From NCBI GenBank assembly GCA_030694425.1, contig JAUXYI010000010.1, positions 18,595 to 82,594 on the forward strand: DNA of 64,000 bases. The letters are read 5' to 3'. Made by a program: the position numbers and the translations under genes. The stretch comes from Thermodesulfovibrionia bacterium (GTDB lineage: Bacteria > Nitrospirota > Thermodesulfovibrionia > UBA6902 > BMS3Bbin08). Every line of letters starts with the position of its first letter. Within the stretch, counting starts at the first letter, position 1. Below are positions 1 to 8,485 of the stretch, in pieces. The notes under the pieces are model-generated. The model was not told the DNA's origin, ran no database searches, and saw nothing but the letters and a program-made list of their open reading frames with translations.

Positions 1-519
1 TTTGTAAAAGATGAATTTACAATAAATTCAATATTATGTTTTTTGAATAATCTTGCGGCGTTTATGGTTCCTGAAAAAGCGCCCTTTTGTCTCCTGAAAT
101 CATCATGAATTCCTTCTGAAGCGCCATCAAGGCTTAATGAGACAATCCTTATTCCAGACTCCTTAATTTTTTCACATATTTCATCGTTGACAAGCATCCC
201 ATTGGTTGCAAGACACATTCTCAAGCCTTTTTCTGTGCCGTATTTTGCTATATCAAAAACATCCTTTCTTAATAAGGGTTCGCCGCCGGAAAGCACGATA
301 ACAGGCTTTGCATAACTTGCGATGTCATCAATAATTCTGTAGGCTTCTTGTGTAGGAAAATCAGGGTGCTCGGATACTATAAGTTCAGAAGAAGAGCGGC
401 AGTGGATACATTTAAGGTTGCATCTTCTTGTTATTTCCCATGCAATCCATCTTGGTTCAAATTTTGTCACAATATAATTTTTGCATAACCTTTGATAAAA
501 AAACAACAAAATACCTCAT
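1..519 (-). CDS. radical SAM protein, C-terminally truncated by window edge (AhbD/NirJ/SPASM-like)
   Basis: Own translation of the minus strand gives ...[23 protein letters not shown]... with a CxxxCxxC motif, then [10 protein letters not shown] as the glycine-rich SAM motif. An ATG at 519 overlaps the hemW stop as ATGA; an alternative GTG start lies at 470. Confidence 0.6.
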
Positions 520-1835
520 ATAAATTTTATGAATACCTCGTTTGAAAGAAGAAGACCTTTTCTGGTTAACCTCATGTTATCTTCTCTCAATTCCAAAAGC
601 CCGGCTTCCTGAAGCTCTTTTATTTCTTTATGATAAACCGTCAATATATCACTGCCTTGGGTTTGATAAAAAGTTTTCAGGTTTATGCCTGTAGTCTTTC
701 TTAAGCCAAGAAAAATAGCTTCTGACATAGCCTTATCTTCAGTTATTTCCTCGGTTTCTTTAACAGGGCTCTTATCCGCTGAAATCAAATTTATGTAATC
801 ATCCAAAATAGCAGTATTATGAAACCTCTTCCTTTTTATAAAATAATGCGCCCCTAAGCCAACTCCATAATATTCTCCCCTATCCCAGTAATTCAGATTG
901 TGCCTGCAGAAATAATCAGGCAGTGCAAAATTGGATATTTCATAATGTACAAAGCCCTCGGATTCTAAATAATCTATTGCATAGTTATACATCTCAATAA
1001 TTTTTTCTTCTTTCAATGGTATTAGTTTGTGTTGTTCCTTGAATATCCTCCTTTGTCCTTTTCCGTCATTCCTGCGAAAGCAGGAATCCATGTCTTTCCC
1101 GCTTTGTTCTGGATTCCCGCCTACGCGGGAATGACAACTCCCACAGTTGTTATTCTTTGTGTTATTTGTGGCATAAGCATCCGCCTTCATATACTCATAA
1201 AGCAAAGTCCCCTTCTCCACAGTAAGTTCATAAGTAGAAATATGTTTTGGCTTTAAATTTACTGCCTTCTCAAGTGTTTTCTTCCAGCTTTCGATATTTT
1301 GTTCTGGGATGCCATATATAAGGTCTATTCCAATATTTTCAAAACCTGCATCCCTTGCAAGATAAACAGCCTGCTCTGCATCATGAGAGGAATGAAGCCT
1401 GCCGAGAAGATTAAGTTCATCGTCATTAAAAGATTGAACCCCTATACTAATTCTATTTATACCAGAAGAAAAGATCGCGGAAAGCTTTTCCTTACCGAGT
1501 GTCCCGGGGTTTGCTTCAATAGTCGCCTCATAATTTTTTACAAAGGATAATTGTTTAAAAATGCAGGTGATTAAATCAGACAAGGCATCAGCAGAGAGGA
1601 CAGTAGGTGTTCCTCCCCCTATATAAAGACTTGAGAACACCCTCCCCCTTACCCCCTCCCCTTGAGGGAGGGGGATGGGGGAGGGGTAATTTCCATAGGA
1701 GATATTGTGTATCTCTTTTTTTATCGCCTGAAGATAAGCCCCTTCTTTTTCAGGGTCATAAATACCGGATACAAAGTCGCAGTAGATACATCTCTTCAGA
1801 CAAAAAGGGATGTGGACATATAGAGAAAAAACCAT
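516..1835 (-). CDS. hemW: HemW/HemN-like radical SAM haem chaperone (oxygen-independent coproporphyrinogen oxidase family)
   Basis: The N-terminus MVFSLYVHIPFCLKRCIYCDF is the classic HemN/HemW radical SAM start, and the protein has a GGGTP motif. Two repeat-derived in-frame insertions are present. Confidence 0.8.
   Translation of the reverse strand: MVFSLYVHIPFCLKRCIYCDFVSGIYDPEKEGAYLQAIKKEIHNISYGNYPSPIPLPQGEGVRGRVFSSLYIGGGTPTVLSADALSDLITCIFKQLSFVKNYEATIEANPGTLGKEKLSAIFSSGINRISIGVQSFNDDELNLLGRLHSSHDAEQAVYLARDAGFENIGIDLIYGIPEQNIESWKKTLEKAVNLKPKHISTYELTVEKGTLLYEYMKADAYATNNTKNNNCGSCHSRVGGNPEQSGKDMDSCFRRNDGKGQRRIFKEQHKLIPLKEEKIIEMYNYAIDYLESEGFVHYEISNFALPDYFCRHNLNYWDRGEYYGVGLGAHYFIKRKRFHNTAILDDYINLISADKSPVKETEEITEDKAMSEAIFLGLRKTTGINLKTFYQTQGSDILTVYHKEIKELQEAGLLELREDNMRLTRKGLLLSNEVFIKFI
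1065..1135. repeat. GTCATTCC...GGAATGAC palindromic dispersed repeat, in-frame inside hemW
   Basis: gtcattcctgcgaaagcaggaatcca...tggattcccgcctacgcgggaatgac. The same architecture occurs at 2588, 8144 and 41461. Confidence 0.7.
1639..1690. repeat. GC-rich palindromic repeat (CCCCTCCCC...GGGGAGGGG family), in-frame inside hemW
   Basis: ccctcccccttaccccctccccttgagggagggggatgggggagggg. Related copies lie at 8231, 47673, 49432, 54125, 55391, 61001 and 62268. Confidence 0.7.
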
Positions 1836-1914
1836 AAATTATTTTAACAAACATTTTTCCAATTAGTAATTACTTTTTAAAAAAATCATGTATAGATGTG
1901 ATATAATCTGCTTG

Positions 1915-2361
1915 ATGTTAGATAATAACTTATTTGGTAAAAGATTATTGCTTGCACCAATTTTTGCTATTGCTTTAATAGCAGTTGGCTCTGGTTCATT
2001 GCTTCCGAGCGTAAAGGAAACGACAAAAACGTACTGGTGGGGATCTTTTGATGAAGCCAAAATTGCTTTTGAGCAAATAATCCCTTACAAGAGCACAACC
2101 GGGGAGTTGCAAAAACTCGGTTTTGACCCTTATCAAACGCCTAATTTAAAAATTCTAACCTATCTGGATATTATTCAACGCTTTATGTTTAACCCCTCAA
2201 TCAAAAAAGAAGAGCTTGACAAAGGGATACAGGACTGTATTAATGCAAAAACAAATTGCAGCGCCTATGAAATCCAGCTAAAAAATATTACAAAAAAACG
2301 GTATGGAAATGTTTTGCTTGACCTTTTTAATTTTAAAAGAATAACAAAAAAATCAGGATAG
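1915..2361 (+). CDS. hypothetical secreted/lipoprotein-like protein
   Basis: The ORF has a hydrophobic N-terminus, LLLAPIFAIALIAVGSGSLLP. No family was recognised. Confidence 0.4.
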   Translation: MLDNNLFGKRLLLAPIFAIALIAVGSGSLLPSVKETTKTYWWGSFDEAKIAFEQIIPYKSTTGELQKLGFDPYQTPNLKILTYLDIIQRFMFNPSIKKEELDKGIQDCINAKTNCSAYEIQLKNITKKRYGNVLLDLFNFKRITKKSG

Positions 2362-2587
2362 GAATTCGAAGCGCTCATCGTCATAGTTAACAATAATGTG
2401 GTCTATAAGCTCTGGGGAGGCAAACCGATAATAGATGAGAGCAGGGGAAATCAAAAATCCCCTGGGACCCTTGCAGAATCCTTCTGATTTACTCATAGAT
2501 ACGACAAAAGGGATGCTACAATAAAAATCCGTCTTCGTTAATTTATAGTAAACGCATTAAGTTAGGTTGACATAACCCTTTAGTATT

Positions 2588-2655
2588 GTCATTCCCGCTT
2601 GTCGTCCCGATGCATCGGGATTCTTAAAAAAAGATTCTGGACAAGCCAGAATGAC
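2588..2655. repeat. GTCATTCC...GAATGAC palindromic dispersed repeat
   Basis: gtcattcccgcttgtcgtcccgatgcatcgggattcttaaaaaaagattctggacaagccagaatgac is nearly identical in architecture to the copy at 41461-41520. Confidence 0.7.
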
Positions 2656-2668
2656 AGAAAATATAACA

Positions 2669-2871
2669 TTATTTACTTCGTTTACTATAAATGCCCTTTA
2701 GCGCCTTTTTAAATAAGCCTTCCAGTTTTTTATTTTCTTCTGCAATTTGCTTGAGTATTGCAGATAATTCTTTTTTTCCTAATATGCCCATTCTCTGTAA
2801 GCCTTAACATGGGCCTCATTGTGCTCTATCCAGTGTTCAATCAGGTGTTTTAATTTCTCCAGTTCGGTCAT
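2669..2871 (-). pseudogene. small His-rich ORF (MTELEKLKHLIEHWIEHNEAHVKAYREWAY) interrupted at an A7 run
   Basis: Own translation gives a 30-codon ORF that stops at 2779. After a 1-nt shift at the homopolymer 2771-2777, a coiled-coil-like frame continues to 2669 (KELSAILKQIAEENKKLEGLFKKALKG). It lies beside the nikR/rcnA-like genes. Confidence 0.25.
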
Positions 2872-2916
2872 CTTTTATTTAGAGTACGAATATAAAACAT
2901 CCAGTTTATGTGTTAA

Positions 2917-3630
2917 TTATAACCCAAGGAATTGAATTGATACTCCACATAAACATATTGTTGCACCGGCAATAGCATGAGTATATCTCTCTAATCGATT
3001 CATCGGGATAAGATTAACACCGAAAGTTGAGATAAGAACTATACCCAGCATAGTCAGAATTGTTGTTGCACTAAAAAGACCGGTAACCAAAACTACACCG
3101 AGCAGACTATTTTTTGCCGCCGGATACATCAGTAAGGGGATTAGCGGTTCGCAGGGACCAAAAACAAAAATTGTAAATAGGACCCACGGGGTAATATTCT
3201 TGGTCCCTTTTTTTCTATGAACGTGCATATGCACTTCAGTATGATTATGGGTATGCATATGACTAAAACCATCTTTATGTTTATGTAAATGTTCGTGTGG
3301 TTTACTCCTCAATGCACGACGCATTCCCCAAATGAAGTAAACAAGACCAAAAGCAATCAGAACCCATGCCGCGATACTGCCACGAAATGATTCTATTGCT
3401 TCTAATTTTGAAACAGCAATTCCTAAAGCAATACCAATAATACCAAGTAAAGCAGAACTCAATACATGACCGATTCCACATAGTACAGTGACTAATGATG
3501 TCTTACGCAACGACCAGTTGCGTGAGCGAGACATCACAATAAACGGCAGATAGTGGTCAGGTCCCAAGAGTGTATGGAAAAAGCCTATTGAAGCTGCAGC
3601 AATTATAAGGATTAACAATTCGTTAGACAT
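2917..3630 (-). CDS. NicO/RcnA-family nickel/cobalt transporter
   Basis: A multi-TM protein with the NicO signature HTLLGPDH and a His-rich loop, HEHLHKHKDGFSHMHTHNHTEVHMHVH. Confidence 0.75.
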   Translation of the reverse strand: MSNELLILIIAAASIGFFHTLLGPDHYLPFIVMSRSRNWSLRKTSLVTVLCGIGHVLSSALLGIIGIALGIAVSKLEAIESFRGSIAAWVLIAFGLVYFIWGMRRALRSKPHEHLHKHKDGFSHMHTHNHTEVHMHVHRKKGTKNITPWVLFTIFVFGPCEPLIPLLMYPAAKNSLLGVVLVTGLFSATTILTMLGIVLISTFGVNLIPMNRLERYTHAIAGATICLCGVSIQFLGL

Positions 3631-3685
3631 CTTAAAATCTCCATGTTGTTTCTGACTGAGAATATGTCCATGATGTTAAAAAGAA

Positions 3686-4102
3686 TTATTTAAGATGTTT
3701 ACCTGTTGTTGTCACCGTGAGTTTTCCGTGTTTTACACCTTTAGTGCCTATCAATCTATCAGCTATTGTTTTTATGTCTTTTGCCCTGCCTTTTACTACA
3801 ATGACTTCAAGGCAGTTATGCTCATCGAGATGTATATGCATGGCCGAGATTATTGAACTATGATAACGATGTTGAATATCAGTAAGGGTATCTGTTAACT
3901 CTCTGGTTTCATGTGAATAAACAATGGTGATGGTTCCTACGGTCTCAACCGTAGATGATTCCCATTCCTCCATAACGAGACTATCTCTGATAAGATCCCT
4001 GATAGCCTCACTTCTATTAGCATAGCCCTTTCTTGCTATAAGGCTGTCAAAGTTCCTTAAAAGAGAAGAGTCTAATGATATCCCAAATCGTTTAATTCCC
4101 AT
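3686..4102 (-). CDS. nikR: nickel-responsive transcriptional regulator NikR
   Basis: A ribbon-helix-helix N-terminus ([33 protein letters not shown]) is followed by a C-terminal metal-binding domain. It sits next to the NicO transporter. Confidence 0.8.
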   Translation of the reverse strand: MGIKRFGISLDSSLLRNFDSLIARKGYANRSEAIRDLIRDSLVMEEWESSTVETVGTITIVYSHETRELTDTLTDIQHRYHSSIISAMHIHLDEHNCLEVIVVKGRAKDIKTIADRLIGTKGVKHGKLTVTTTGKHLK

Positions 4103-4204
4103 AGTGTTACCTTTCTAAAAAAAGTAACACTACTTTATCACCATATCAACATTTATGTCAAGTTAAAACAGCCTGTTGAACGGCCTGTTGAAAAAGTATT
4201 TTTG

Positions 4205-4364
4205 CCGTCTTTGCGAGCCCTTCGCTTCTGTCATTGCGAACGAAGTGAAGCAATCTCCTTATTCTTGCTCAGGGTAAACTCCGCGAAGCAATCTCGCAGT
4301 TAAAGAAATCAATGAGTTAGAGATTGCTTCGTCGTCCCGATGTTTCGGGACTCCTCGCAATGAC
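4205..4364. repeat. composite GTCATTGCGA...TCGCAATGAC dispersed repeat cluster
   Basis: Copies of tttgcgagcccttcgcttctgtcattgcgaacgaagtgaagcaatct and agattgcttcgtcgtcccgatgtttcgggactcctcgcaatgac. Its end overlaps the 3' end of the 4368-5321 gene. Confidence 0.7.
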
Positions 4365-4367
4365 ATT

Positions 4368-5321
4368 TCAGGGGTTTTTCAACAGCCTGAAAATTCTTGC
4401 CCCATCAAGCCTCTTCAGTCCCGCATTAATTGCAGCTTTTACAGCTTTTTTGTATTCTTCATTTGTAATCCTTCTGTCAAGTGGTGGGTGTTCATATGCC
4501 TTATAATATGGATAATATTGGGCCATGATGTTTGTATATGTGTTTGGAGAAATTTCTTCAACGAGGAATCTCACCACCTCTTCAGTGCCTGCCAGACCCT
4601 CTGGAAGCACGAGATGCCTTACACGCAATCCTCTCAAAGCGACTCCTCTATGGTCAATAATTAAATCTCCAACCTGCCCATGCATCTCTTTTATCGCAGC
4701 CTTTGCTACCAGTGGATAATCTCTTGCCTTTGAATATTTCATTGCAACATCAGGATTTGAATATTTAAAATCAGGCATGTATATGTCAATAATTCCATCA
4801 AGTATTTTTAATGTTTCAATAGACTCATATCCTCCACAATTATAAACAATAGGAACTTTCAATCCCTTTTCTATTGCGATCTCAAGAGACCTTAAAATCA
4901 TGGGAACCTGATGTGTCGGGGTTACGAGATTTATATTGTGGCAGCAGTAGTTCTGCAGGCTTAGCATTATATCAGCAAGGGTATCAAAAGAAGTCTCGCT
5001 GCCTTCGCCGAGATGACTTATCGTCCAGTTCTGACAGAATAAACATCTGAGATTGCAGTTGGTAAAAAAGATTGTGCCTGAACCGTATCTGCCAACCAGC
5101 GGAGCCTCTTCTCCAAAATGCGGATTATAGCTTGAGACAAAAGGCTTATCTCCTGTTTTGCAGACCCCGACTTTGCCTGACGTTCTGTCAACTTTGCATC
5201 TGCGGGGACAGAGTGTGCAGTTCTTTACTATCTCTTCTGCTGCCCTTATCTTTTCTTTAAGGATATCCTTTGAGAGTTTCAGATAGGCTGCTTTAAAGAC
5301 TGGAGTTTTTTCTTTGTCCAT
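4368..5321 (-). CDS. radical SAM protein, PflX-like (pyruvate formate-lyase activase homologue, COG1313-like)
   Basis: The product contains CTLCPRRCKVDR...CNLRCLFCQNW, cysteine motifs typical of the PflX family. The annotated start overlaps the leuD 3' end by about 43 nt, so the start is uncertain. Confidence 0.6.
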   Translation of the reverse strand: MDKEKTPVFKAAYLKLSKDILKEKIRAAEEIVKNCTLCPRRCKVDRTSGKVGVCKTGDKPFVSSYNPHFGEEAPLVGRYGSGTIFFTNCNLRCLFCQNWTISHLGEGSETSFDTLADIMLSLQNYCCHNINLVTPTHQVPMILRSLEIAIEKGLKVPIVYNCGGYESIETLKILDGIIDIYMPDFKYSNPDVAMKYSKARDYPLVAKAAIKEMHGQVGDLIIDHRGVALRGLRVRHLVLPEGLAGTEEVVRFLVEEISPNTYTNIMAQYYPYYKAYEHPPLDRRITNEEYKKAVKAAINAGLKRLDGARIFRLLKNP

Positions 5322-5788
5322 TCAATAAGTCCGCCTGCAGAAATTAATTCCTGCATAAATTGAGGAATGGGTTTTGCTGTGTACTCTTCTTTTTTTGTGA
5401 TATTTTTAATTATGCCCTTATCGGCATTTATTTCAATCTCATCACCTTCTCTGATTTTTTCAGATGCATCCTCAGACTCAAAAATTGGAAGCCCAATATT
5501 AAATGCATTCCTGTAAAATATCCTTGCAAAACTCTTTGCAACAACAGCCTGTATGCCTGCTGCTTTTATTGCAATCGGCGCATGTTCTCTTGATGAACCG
5601 CAGCCAAAATTAGCGCCTGCAATTATCATATCACCTAATTTTACTTTGTTCGGGAATTCTTTATCAGCATCCTCCATTATATGTCTTGCAAGTTCTCTGG
5701 GGTCTGATGTATTTAAATATCGCGCAGGTATTATTGCATCAGTATCTATGTTGTCGCCGAATTTCCATACTTTCCCTCTTAGTATCAT
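5279..5788 (-). CDS. leuD: 3-isopropylmalate dehydratase small subunit
   Basis: The N-terminus MILRGKVWKFGDNIDTDAIIPARYL is typical of LeuD. Confidence 0.9.
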   Translation of the reverse strand: MILRGKVWKFGDNIDTDAIIPARYLNTSDPRELARHIMEDADKEFPNKVKLGDMIIAGANFGCGSSREHAPIAIKAAGIQAVVAKSFARIFYRNAFNIGLPIFESEDASEKIREGDEIEINADKGIIKNITKKEEYTAKPIPQFMQELISAGGLIEWTKKKLQSLKQPI

Positions 5789-5807
5789 GTATCCTCCAAA
5801 AGAATGA

Positions 5808-5907
5808 ATCCGCAGATTACACAGATTTCACAGATTTTCTTAAGAGTGGACAGATTAACTTAAATTCACTCGATTCAATTTGCGTAATCTGCGAAATCTG
5901 TGGATAT
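5808..5907. repeat. inverted arrays of tandem CACAGAT(T) units in the leuD-leuC spacer
   Basis: atccgcagattacacagatttcacagatt ... aatttgcgtaatctgcgaaatctgtggat. The same family occurs at 40248-40324 and 33539-33570. Confidence 0.6.
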
Positions 5908-5912
5908 TTTTT

Positions 5913-7169
5913 TTAAATTACCTCTTCAGGAACAGCTATTCTTCCTTTTACTGCTGACGCAGCGGCAACTGCAGGATTTGAGAGATAAACCTCGCTTTCA
6001 GGATGCCCCATCCTGCCGACAAAATTTCTGTTTGTTGTTGCAATTGCCCTCTCGCCCTTTGCAAGAACTCCCATGTGCCCTCCGAGACACGGACCGCATG
6101 TAGGAGTTGAAACAACAGCATCCGCATTTATAAATATTTCCACTAATCTCTCTTTAATTGCCTGCAAATAAATTTTCTGTGTTGCCGGGATTACAATCAT
6201 TCTCACATTTGGATTTACTTTTTTCCCTTTTATGACTTCTGCCGCCTCTCTTAAATCTTCAATCCTGCCGTTTGTACATGAGCCGATAACAACCTGGTCT
6301 ATAGCCACTTCAAAAAGTTCTGCTGCTGGTTTTATATTTGACGGCAAATGAGGACATGATACAGTAAGAGGTATTTTTGAGCAGTCATATTCTTTTACCT
6401 CAACGTATTTCGCATCTTTATCAGATGTATAAAATTTATATCCCCTCTTTGCCCTGCCTTTAACGTAACGTTCAGTTATGTCATCAGGCACAATAATGCC
6501 GTTTTTCCCTCCTGCTTCTATTGCCATATTGCACATTGTAAGCCTTGCGTGCATTGGAAGCGTTCTGATTGTTTCGCCTTCAAATTCCATTGCCATGTAA
6601 ATGGCGCCGTCAACTCCGATATCACCGATTGTGTGGAGTATTAAATCCTTTCCGCCAACCCATTTACTTAGTTTTCCGTAATAAATGAATTTCATTGATT
6701 CAGGCACTTTAAACCAGCACTCGCCCGCAGCCATTGCAGATGCGACATCTGTAGAGCCAACGCCTGTAGAAAAAGCGCCAAGCGCTCCATACGTGCATGT
6801 ATGGCTGTCAGCGCCTATGATTAAATCACCCGGGACAACAAGACCTTCTTCAGGAAGAAGAGCATGTTCAATTCCCATTCTGCCGACTTCAAAATAAAGC
6901 CCGAGACTATACTCTCTTGAAAAGTCTCTGAGCATCTTGCACTGCTCTGCAGCTTTTATGTCTTTTTGAGGGGCAAAGTGGTCAGGTATTAAAGCAACCC
7001 TATCTTTATTGAATACGTTTTTTGCTCCTATTTTTTTAAATTCAGTTATTGCTATTGGCGCGGTTATATCATTGGCAAGAACAAGGTCAACCTTTGCGTT
7101 TATTAACTCTCCGGGTGAAACCTCTTTTCTACCTGAATGTACTGCAAGGATTTTCTCTGTGATTGTCAA
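5913..7169 (-). CDS. leuC: 3-isopropylmalate dehydratase large subunit
   Basis: 418 aa aconitase-family protein with three Cys ligands, adjacent to leuD. Confidence 0.9.
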   Translation of the reverse strand: MTITEKILAVHSGRKEVSPGELINAKVDLVLANDITAPIAITEFKKIGAKNVFNKDRVALIPDHFAPQKDIKAAEQCKMLRDFSREYSLGLYFEVGRMGIEHALLPEEGLVVPGDLIIGADSHTCTYGALGAFSTGVGSTDVASAMAAGECWFKVPESMKFIYYGKLSKWVGGKDLILHTIGDIGVDGAIYMAMEFEGETIRTLPMHARLTMCNMAIEAGGKNGIIVPDDITERYVKGRAKRGYKFYTSDKDAKYVEVKEYDCSKIPLTVSCPHLPSNIKPAAELFEVAIDQVVIGSCTNGRIEDLREAAEVIKGKKVNPNVRMIVIPATQKIYLQAIKERLVEIFINADAVVSTPTCGPCLGGHMGVLAKGERAIATTNRNFVGRMGHPESEVYLSNPAVAAASAVKGRIAVPEEVI

Positions 7170-7283
7170 TGTTCCTCCAAAGATTTCCTGATGAAATACA
7201 GATAAAAACTCCTTCGAAAAAATGATTTAAAGAAAATACTTCAAGTATTGAGAATAGTCAATTAACTGTTAGATTATTCCTAT

Positions 7284-7526
7284 TTATCTGGCGCTCGCAT
7301 TTAATATGGTTATGCCAACAATTTTATTGCCATCTTTTCTAATCAAGATGTCATCATCGGTTTCTATCGTTTTTGTAGCCCTTTGTGGTCTTCTAAAGCT
7401 TAAATAAAGAACATCTGCTTCCCTGTCATAATCAACCCACATATGTTCCATTGGAAGCTTAACAAGGTCTGATGTCAAAGCTAAACAGTTTTTAATTAAA
7501 TCACCGCCCTTTAATTTTGTTGCCAT
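7284..7526 (-). CDS. DUF2283-family small protein (putative antitoxin partner)
   Basis: 80 aa ...VDYDREADVLYLSF... pattern. It overlaps the upstream DUF4258 gene. Confidence 0.6.
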   Translation of the reverse strand: MATKLKGGDLIKNCLALTSDLVKLPMEHMWVDYDREADVLYLSFRRPQRATKTIETDDDILIRKDGNKIVGITILNASAR

Positions 7527-7810
7527 ATCACTTCTCCTTTTGGTTTTTTATCTAAAAAATAGGCTGTTATAATAAATCCTTCAGTTTTAGAAACCTCTCT
7601 ATAAATAACTACAAGCCATTTATTCCTTCCCATATTTCTTGTTGCTTTTAGTGTTCCTTTATTCCCTCTGATAACAAAATCTGGTTTCTCAATTACATCC
7701 AGAAGTTCGTAATAATAACTGGCTAAGTCATCATGGTTTTCAATAATATGATACCATCTTTCATAAGTTAAGTGAATCGGAACACCATTTATCGAATTTG
7801 CTATATTCAT
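7511..7810 (-). CDS. DUF4258-family protein (putative toxin partner)
   Basis: 99 aa. It forms an overlapping two-gene arrangement typical of DUF4258/DUF2283 pairs. Confidence 0.55.
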   Translation of the reverse strand: MNIANSINGVPIHLTYERWYHIIENHDDLASYYYELLDVIEKPDFVIRGNKGTLKATRNMGRNKWLVVIYREVSKTEGFIITAYFLDKKPKGEVIWQQN

Positions 7811-7956
7811 CTGTTTTTCATATTATCATTCAATTTGAACTGCTAACTCTCTCACCTTCTCTGCTTTTTGTAAGATAAGCGGGGCTCTGTTTTATTGTTA
7901 TAATCTTACTAAAATAAAGAGTGGAACTTCAATAACTTTCTAAATAACTTTCTAAA

Positions 7957-7996
7957 TAAAAATGCCTGCCCTCCTGAATTATCAGGACAGCAAGCG
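7957..7996 (-). terminator. putative intrinsic terminator downstream of leuA
   Basis: The minus-strand reading is gctgtcctgataattcaggagggcaggc followed by ttttta ttt. The stem is imperfect. Confidence 0.35.
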
Positions 7997-8012
7997 TTAT
8001 ATTTTTTAAAAA

Positions 8013-8090
8013 TTAGTTAGAGTTAGTGAAGATAACAAATAGAAAAACAATAAATGCTGTTGCTAAAATTATCTTTATTTTGGTAAGCAT
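8013..8090 (-). CDS. possible 25-aa hydrophobic micro-protein (MLTKIKIILATAFIVFLFVIFTNSN)
   Basis: An ATG at 8090 is preceded by AAGGAG. The ORF is not in the supplied track because it is under 60 aa. Confidence 0.25.
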   Translation of the reverse strand: MLTKIKIILATAFIVFLFVIFTNSN

Positions 8091-8143
8091 AAGACAATCT
8101 CCTTTCGTATGAAAATAGTTATCTTAAAATAGTTCTATTTAGC

Positions 8144-8258
8144 CTTCATTCCAGTAAAAACAGGAATCCAGTCATTTATTTCCCCTGGATTCCGCATCAA
8201 GTGCGGAATGACACAACACCTACAAAATCTCCCCCTCCCCTTTGCTAAAGAGGGAAGT
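8144..8258. repeat. composite repeat (CATTCC...GGAATGAC unit plus CCCCCTCCCCTTTGCTAAAGAGGGAAG unit)
   Basis: Direct reading of the sequence. Confidence 0.65.
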
Positions 8259-8427
8259 AATGAAAATTAGTTTTTAAAAAGATCTGAGTTTCCTATCTAA
8301 ATAGAATCACATTTTTCGTTATATGTTAAGGATTATCAAATAAACTTATAGATTCTATAAATATTTTAAATTTGCATAGTTGCGCAAATAGGTAAGGATT
8401 TAAGATAAGAAATCAGACAATGCAACT

Positions 8428-8466
8428 GAGATTGCTTCATCCCGATGATGTGGGATTCGCAATGAC
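8428..8466. repeat. AGATTGCTTC...TCGCAATGAC repeat unit
   Basis: gagattgcttcatcccgatgatgtgggattcgcaatgac. Confidence 0.65.
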
Positions 8467-8485
8467 TAAGAGGAATGGGAATCTT

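Noticed and set aside
1029-1837. Plus-strand ORFs from the supplied track inside hemW (1029-1256, 1299-1550, 1607-1837) and the many similar 60-120 aa antisense ORFs throughout (for example 5360-5593, 8475-8831, 13940-14203, 23339-23524, 57240-57539).
   Set aside because: They lie entirely within well-supported minus-strand genes, have low-complexity translations, and several are just the antisense reading of repeat elements. They are treated as non-coding.
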